This document shows positions 59,929 to 64,000 of a stretch of DNA of 64,000 nucleotides, one piece after another. The stretch comes from Eledone cirrhosa (Eukaryota), in assembly GCA_964016885.1 (NCBI GenBank), contig OZ024743.1, positions 116,312,001-116,376,000 on the forward strand, read 5' to 3'. The notes under the pieces were generated by a model. It searched no databases. It was given only the letters and a program-made list of their open reading frames with translations, and was not told the DNA's origin. Both the position numbers and the translations under genes were made by a program. The stretch's first letter is position 1, and each line of letters opens with the position of its first letter.

Positions 59929-60956
59929 CTCTGTATGAATATATGTGTAAACCCATACGTTTTGGTGGAGTCCTGGGGGCGTTATACAGAATTTATAAAG
60001 TTGTTTTTCTGTCATTTATGCACTTCTCAAAGACCCACACTTGGTAGTCTAGGAATTAACTTTTAGAAAATATCATGCACATCTGATTATATACAGACGC
60101 ACGGATGCCTCAAGCAAAAACAAAGGCAGACATAGCATATATAAACAGCCACAGGGTGATCTGGTAATCATTTTATAGTCCACACCTTAGTGACTCTTTC
60201 CTGTCACACTCGCTCTCTAGCACTCAAATCCCGCTCAAATCACACACACAATTTCTAGAAATTAATGAATTAAAATATCTTCTTATTTTAAAGCTAATGT
60301 TGTGTGATCTGAAAGATATTAGGTTTGTAATGCTAGCACACCGAGAGACTGTGGTGTGACTCCCATTATAGTTATAAGAGAACATGGTGTGTAATGTTAT
60401 CAGAAGTATTTGTACAGGATACAATATGACATCCATGTCTTCTATTCAACTCAGAAATTACTTTGGTGTCTATCAGAATATTTGTATTTTTTATAATTTC
60501 ATTCATGCATTGATACGCCTGAATTATTCAATATTGTGTTAGCTTCTGATCCGAATATTTTTTGTTTAGTTTATTTATTTGTTTAATTATTTATTTATTT
60601 ATAGAATGTTTTTTATTTAGACATATATAGATTTATATAGAAATGCATTTATGCATTTCTCAAAGACTATTATTGACAGAAAGAATAAAGCAAAATTTGT
60701 AACTGGAAATCGAACTCGTGCCATCTGTTTGTTGCATATTTTGTTGTGGTTTACACCCAGTTGTTATTTAGACTCTCCGAATTCTGACCTCTTATCCACT
60801 ATAGTCTGTGAGATGAAGTGTATTTCAAACTGAGCCATACAAGTCTCCGTTATTTTCAGATAGAACGGGAATATGGCCATTATTTTTAGCACATCAAGAT
60901 AAGACCCACATTATTATTTATTGGTCGTATACGTCAGTGTATCCCTTAAACGTAAA

Positions 60957-61142
60957 ATAATTATTTCTACTTTTGGCACAAGGCCAGCAATTATCCCAGT
61001 GCATTACTGCTACTTTATTTTATCGACCCCGTAAGGATGAAAGGCAATGTTAAACCCTGGCGAGGTTTGAAATCAGACCATAAAGGACCTTAACTCTTTG
61101 CTGCAAAGCATGGCGTCCGACCCTCTACCGATACTGCCAACT
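60957..61142 (-). mobile_element. Octopod-type SINE
   Basis: Reverse complement of the family core. Flanked by cttaaacgtaaaataat and cttaaatgtaaaataat (TSD). Confidence 0.88.
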
Positions 61143-62699
61143 CTTAAATGTAAAATAATGTAGCTAATATATTCGAAGTATACTAGTATTGCTTACGTGT
61201 ATTCCTTTTACATTGAGTTTTCGTATCATGTGTATGAGATTGAACAGTTTTTGTATCAAAAGTATGACATATTGAGCAGTTTTATCAGAAAATTGCCGAC
61301 TGACAAAAGTACTTCGGTTTATATTTAGTGCGAGCCTTGCTGCTATGAATGATTTACAAAAATGTGTAAGAGCAGCTGAGATTAGACAGATGAAGTCTTT
61401 AAAATTGAGATTTAAAGGAGAAAAACAAACTGCAAGTCGCAAAATCTGAGGTGATTCCTCGCTGGTTACTTCAGTAGATCAAACATCGTTGTAATAGCGT
61501 CATGTATTTATGAACCCGTAACATTTGATGGATTCGTATGGGCGACGTCCTGATACACAGGTATACTCGTGCACTTTAAACCTGGCGGAGCCCTTAACTT
61601 TCAAGATCTGAGAAGAGTCGTGTTTCTCCACAGAGTAAGAGAGAAGTGTGAAAGAGACATAGAGGACGAATCGGATCCAGGAAAAGAAAAGCAAGACATA
61701 GTGGTGGTGGGAGGGCATATTAAGAGAGTAATTAGAACGTCTGATAGCATGCTTTACGGTAATGGTTCTGGCCTTTCGTCTTTCAAAGGTCGATAAATAA
61801 AGCACCAACCCAGTACTGAAGTTGGTTCTTCATTTATATATCTACCTCCCTTTCTCTCTGCGATACTCTCTCCATCTCTGGTAGAAAGCGGTTGTTGTTC
61901 AGATCTAGGAAGGAGATGGATGGGCTGCGCCAGGTTAAAATAGCCAACATTGTATGCCACTAGAGCACCGGTCTGCAGTAACGATAGAGCGGTAACTATA
62001 GAGCGTCGGATAAAATGATTTACGAAATTTAATTATGATTCTTTCGTTCTGAAATCAACCTCCGCCGAAGTTCGAGATCAGTTGCTCCTTTCTATATTTT
62101 TCTCCCTTCCTCTTTCACGACCCCAACTTCTCTGGAGGAAAAATCGACTGTGTTTCGACTGGGAGAATGAATGAGGCTTCACTGGATATAAAAAAGTAGC
62201 CATACAGGACGCAGGAGCTTCCTCTTTTCCAAATATTGCTGACCTCGTGGCAAAGCTAGAAATAATTATTAACTGTATGTTTTATACCAATCTCTTCTTT
62301 TATTTGATCTGTGAACTATAAATTGCGTCTTATCAAGTTTTGTGCGGTTTCTCCTCATGGATATCATACTTAATCAAAACGTCATGATGAGAGTTGACTT
62401 GGGGGCTACAAAACAACGACAACTGGGAAGAGGTTTCTGTCTTAGACAATAAAGTCACTTATCAGGCTGACAGTATGTTCCACCGGATTTTATTGATCTT
62501 TATAGAAAAACAAAATCAATATAAGATACTTTCTATCATATTTATCTCTACCGCTAGCAATGTAGCAAGTGTCCATTTCTCTCTCTATCAATTACATATT
62601 AAGAAACATATATATACCCAGATGCATACATAGACACACACGCACACACACACACACACACTCACACACACACACACACACACATATACATATATATAT

Positions 62700-63296
62700 A
62701 TATGGTGGCTGCCAACTCGTTTTCGAGTACGGCCACTACTTTATATCCATGTAGGAGAAACCCTACCGATGCGCTGAACCTGTGTGACTTTTTAGTCCAG
62801 CCAGCGACTTGAAAACTCTGGTACAAACACTACACTTGTGATAATCATTGACACATAGTGCTGGTCCCATGTGACGACAAGTGCAGAGAGATCTCCAGAT
62901 ATAAAGCAATGCCTGTGCCATGAAGCTTTTATAGTGAGTAAAACGCAGTGCACAAAGCCAGACCCACTCTCTTGACCAAGATGATATTTACTAAAAAGAA
63001 GAACAAGTCAACATCATTGGATACCATCAGAGTTGCAGGTGTTATATCAGAGTTTTCCTTCTCCTAGAATTCTGCCTTGACAAAGGCTAAGGGGTCATCT
63101 CTCCCGGTGATTTTGGATGGCCATTGACTTTTAAGAGCTCCTTTGCCCTTTTTTTTTAGTCCTGCAGGATGTCCAAAGTCACCCTCCTCACCAAGAAACC
63201 TTGGTGGGGTCGCCAGTTTAGTCGCCAACGACCCGACCATGAGACAGGTTGTACTGGGATACATGTTACCAGTAGCACCAACTGGTGACCTGACAT
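62700..63296 (-). mobile_element. RTE-like 5' UTR fragment
   Basis: ggagaaggaaaactctga motif. Related to 42271-42570. Confidence 0.5.
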
Positions 63297-63729
63297 AATA
63301 TATGTATGCATATATATATATATATATATGCATACACGCATATGTATGCATACATATATACAGGGATGCATACACACATATACATACATACACACGTCTA
63401 TACATTTTACTAAACGCGTAGATTCAATAGTTATATATGCACTGTCACATCGTAAGTAGCGTATAAATCTACTTATTTATTTATTTTACAATCTATATTT
63501 TATCCTGTAATATGTTTATCACACTGTCATGTTATCAATCATAACGCCAAGCCATTTACATATACCATTCATATATCCAATCTATCTAGTTCTTTCCTCT
63601 TTTTCAATGAAAGTCTAATGTCCGAAACTTTGAGGAATTTTCCATATAACATCAAACCTTTAACTAATATATATCAACATTACATTGTAATGTTCACCCG
63701 TGTTGCTTTTCTTTGGTGATTTTTCTAAC

Positions 63730-63737
63730 GTGCGCGC

Positions 63738-63818
<81 letters not shown>

Positions 63819-63867
63819 CGTGCGTGTGTGTGTGTGTATGTGTGTGTGTGTGTGTGTGTGCGTGCGT

Positions 63868-63937
<70 letters not shown>

Positions 63938-63950
63938 CTCTGTGTGTGTG
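63730..63950. repeat. (TG)n microsatellite
   Basis: About 220 bp of TG repeats. One of dozens of dinucleotide runs, for example (TA)n at 40836-41070. Confidence 0.98.
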
Positions 63951-64000
63951 TTTCTGAGCGTCGGCGAGTGGATGAGAGGAAAGTTGCTTCGCCCATGCAC

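Noticed and set aside
61500-61960. Possible host exon or ORF
   Set aside because: No recognisable domain or convincing splice pair. Interleaved with SINE fragments.

Overview
AT-rich eukaryotic (animal) intronic or intergenic DNA. The recurrent SINE 'gactttgcctttcatccttacggggtcgataaaataaagtaccag' suggests a cephalopod/octopod (inference). I could not support any host-gene exon. The window is a patchwork of (TA)n/(CA)n/(GA)n microsatellites and mobile elements: a near full-length Tx1/L1-clade LINE in an (ATT)n run, a DD37D (maT) Tc1/mariner, RTE and CRE-like LINE fragments, SINEs, probable Helitron ends, and many Penelope-like elements (PLEs) of two types (Naiad-like and Nematis-like). The hidden theme is more than 20 type I hammerhead ribozyme (HHR) motifs, read by eye. 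They sit in PLE pLTRs and in several unrelated non-coding tandem monomers of about 320-700 bp (retrozyme-like). Many carry a compensatory U3-A8 core. Nearly all elements form head-to-head fold-backs whose 3' ends point outward into (TA)n. Two monomer families share an octamer (ATGCAAAT) module upstream of a minimal HHR, like newt satellite 2. Folds and family assignments were made manually and need computational confirmation.
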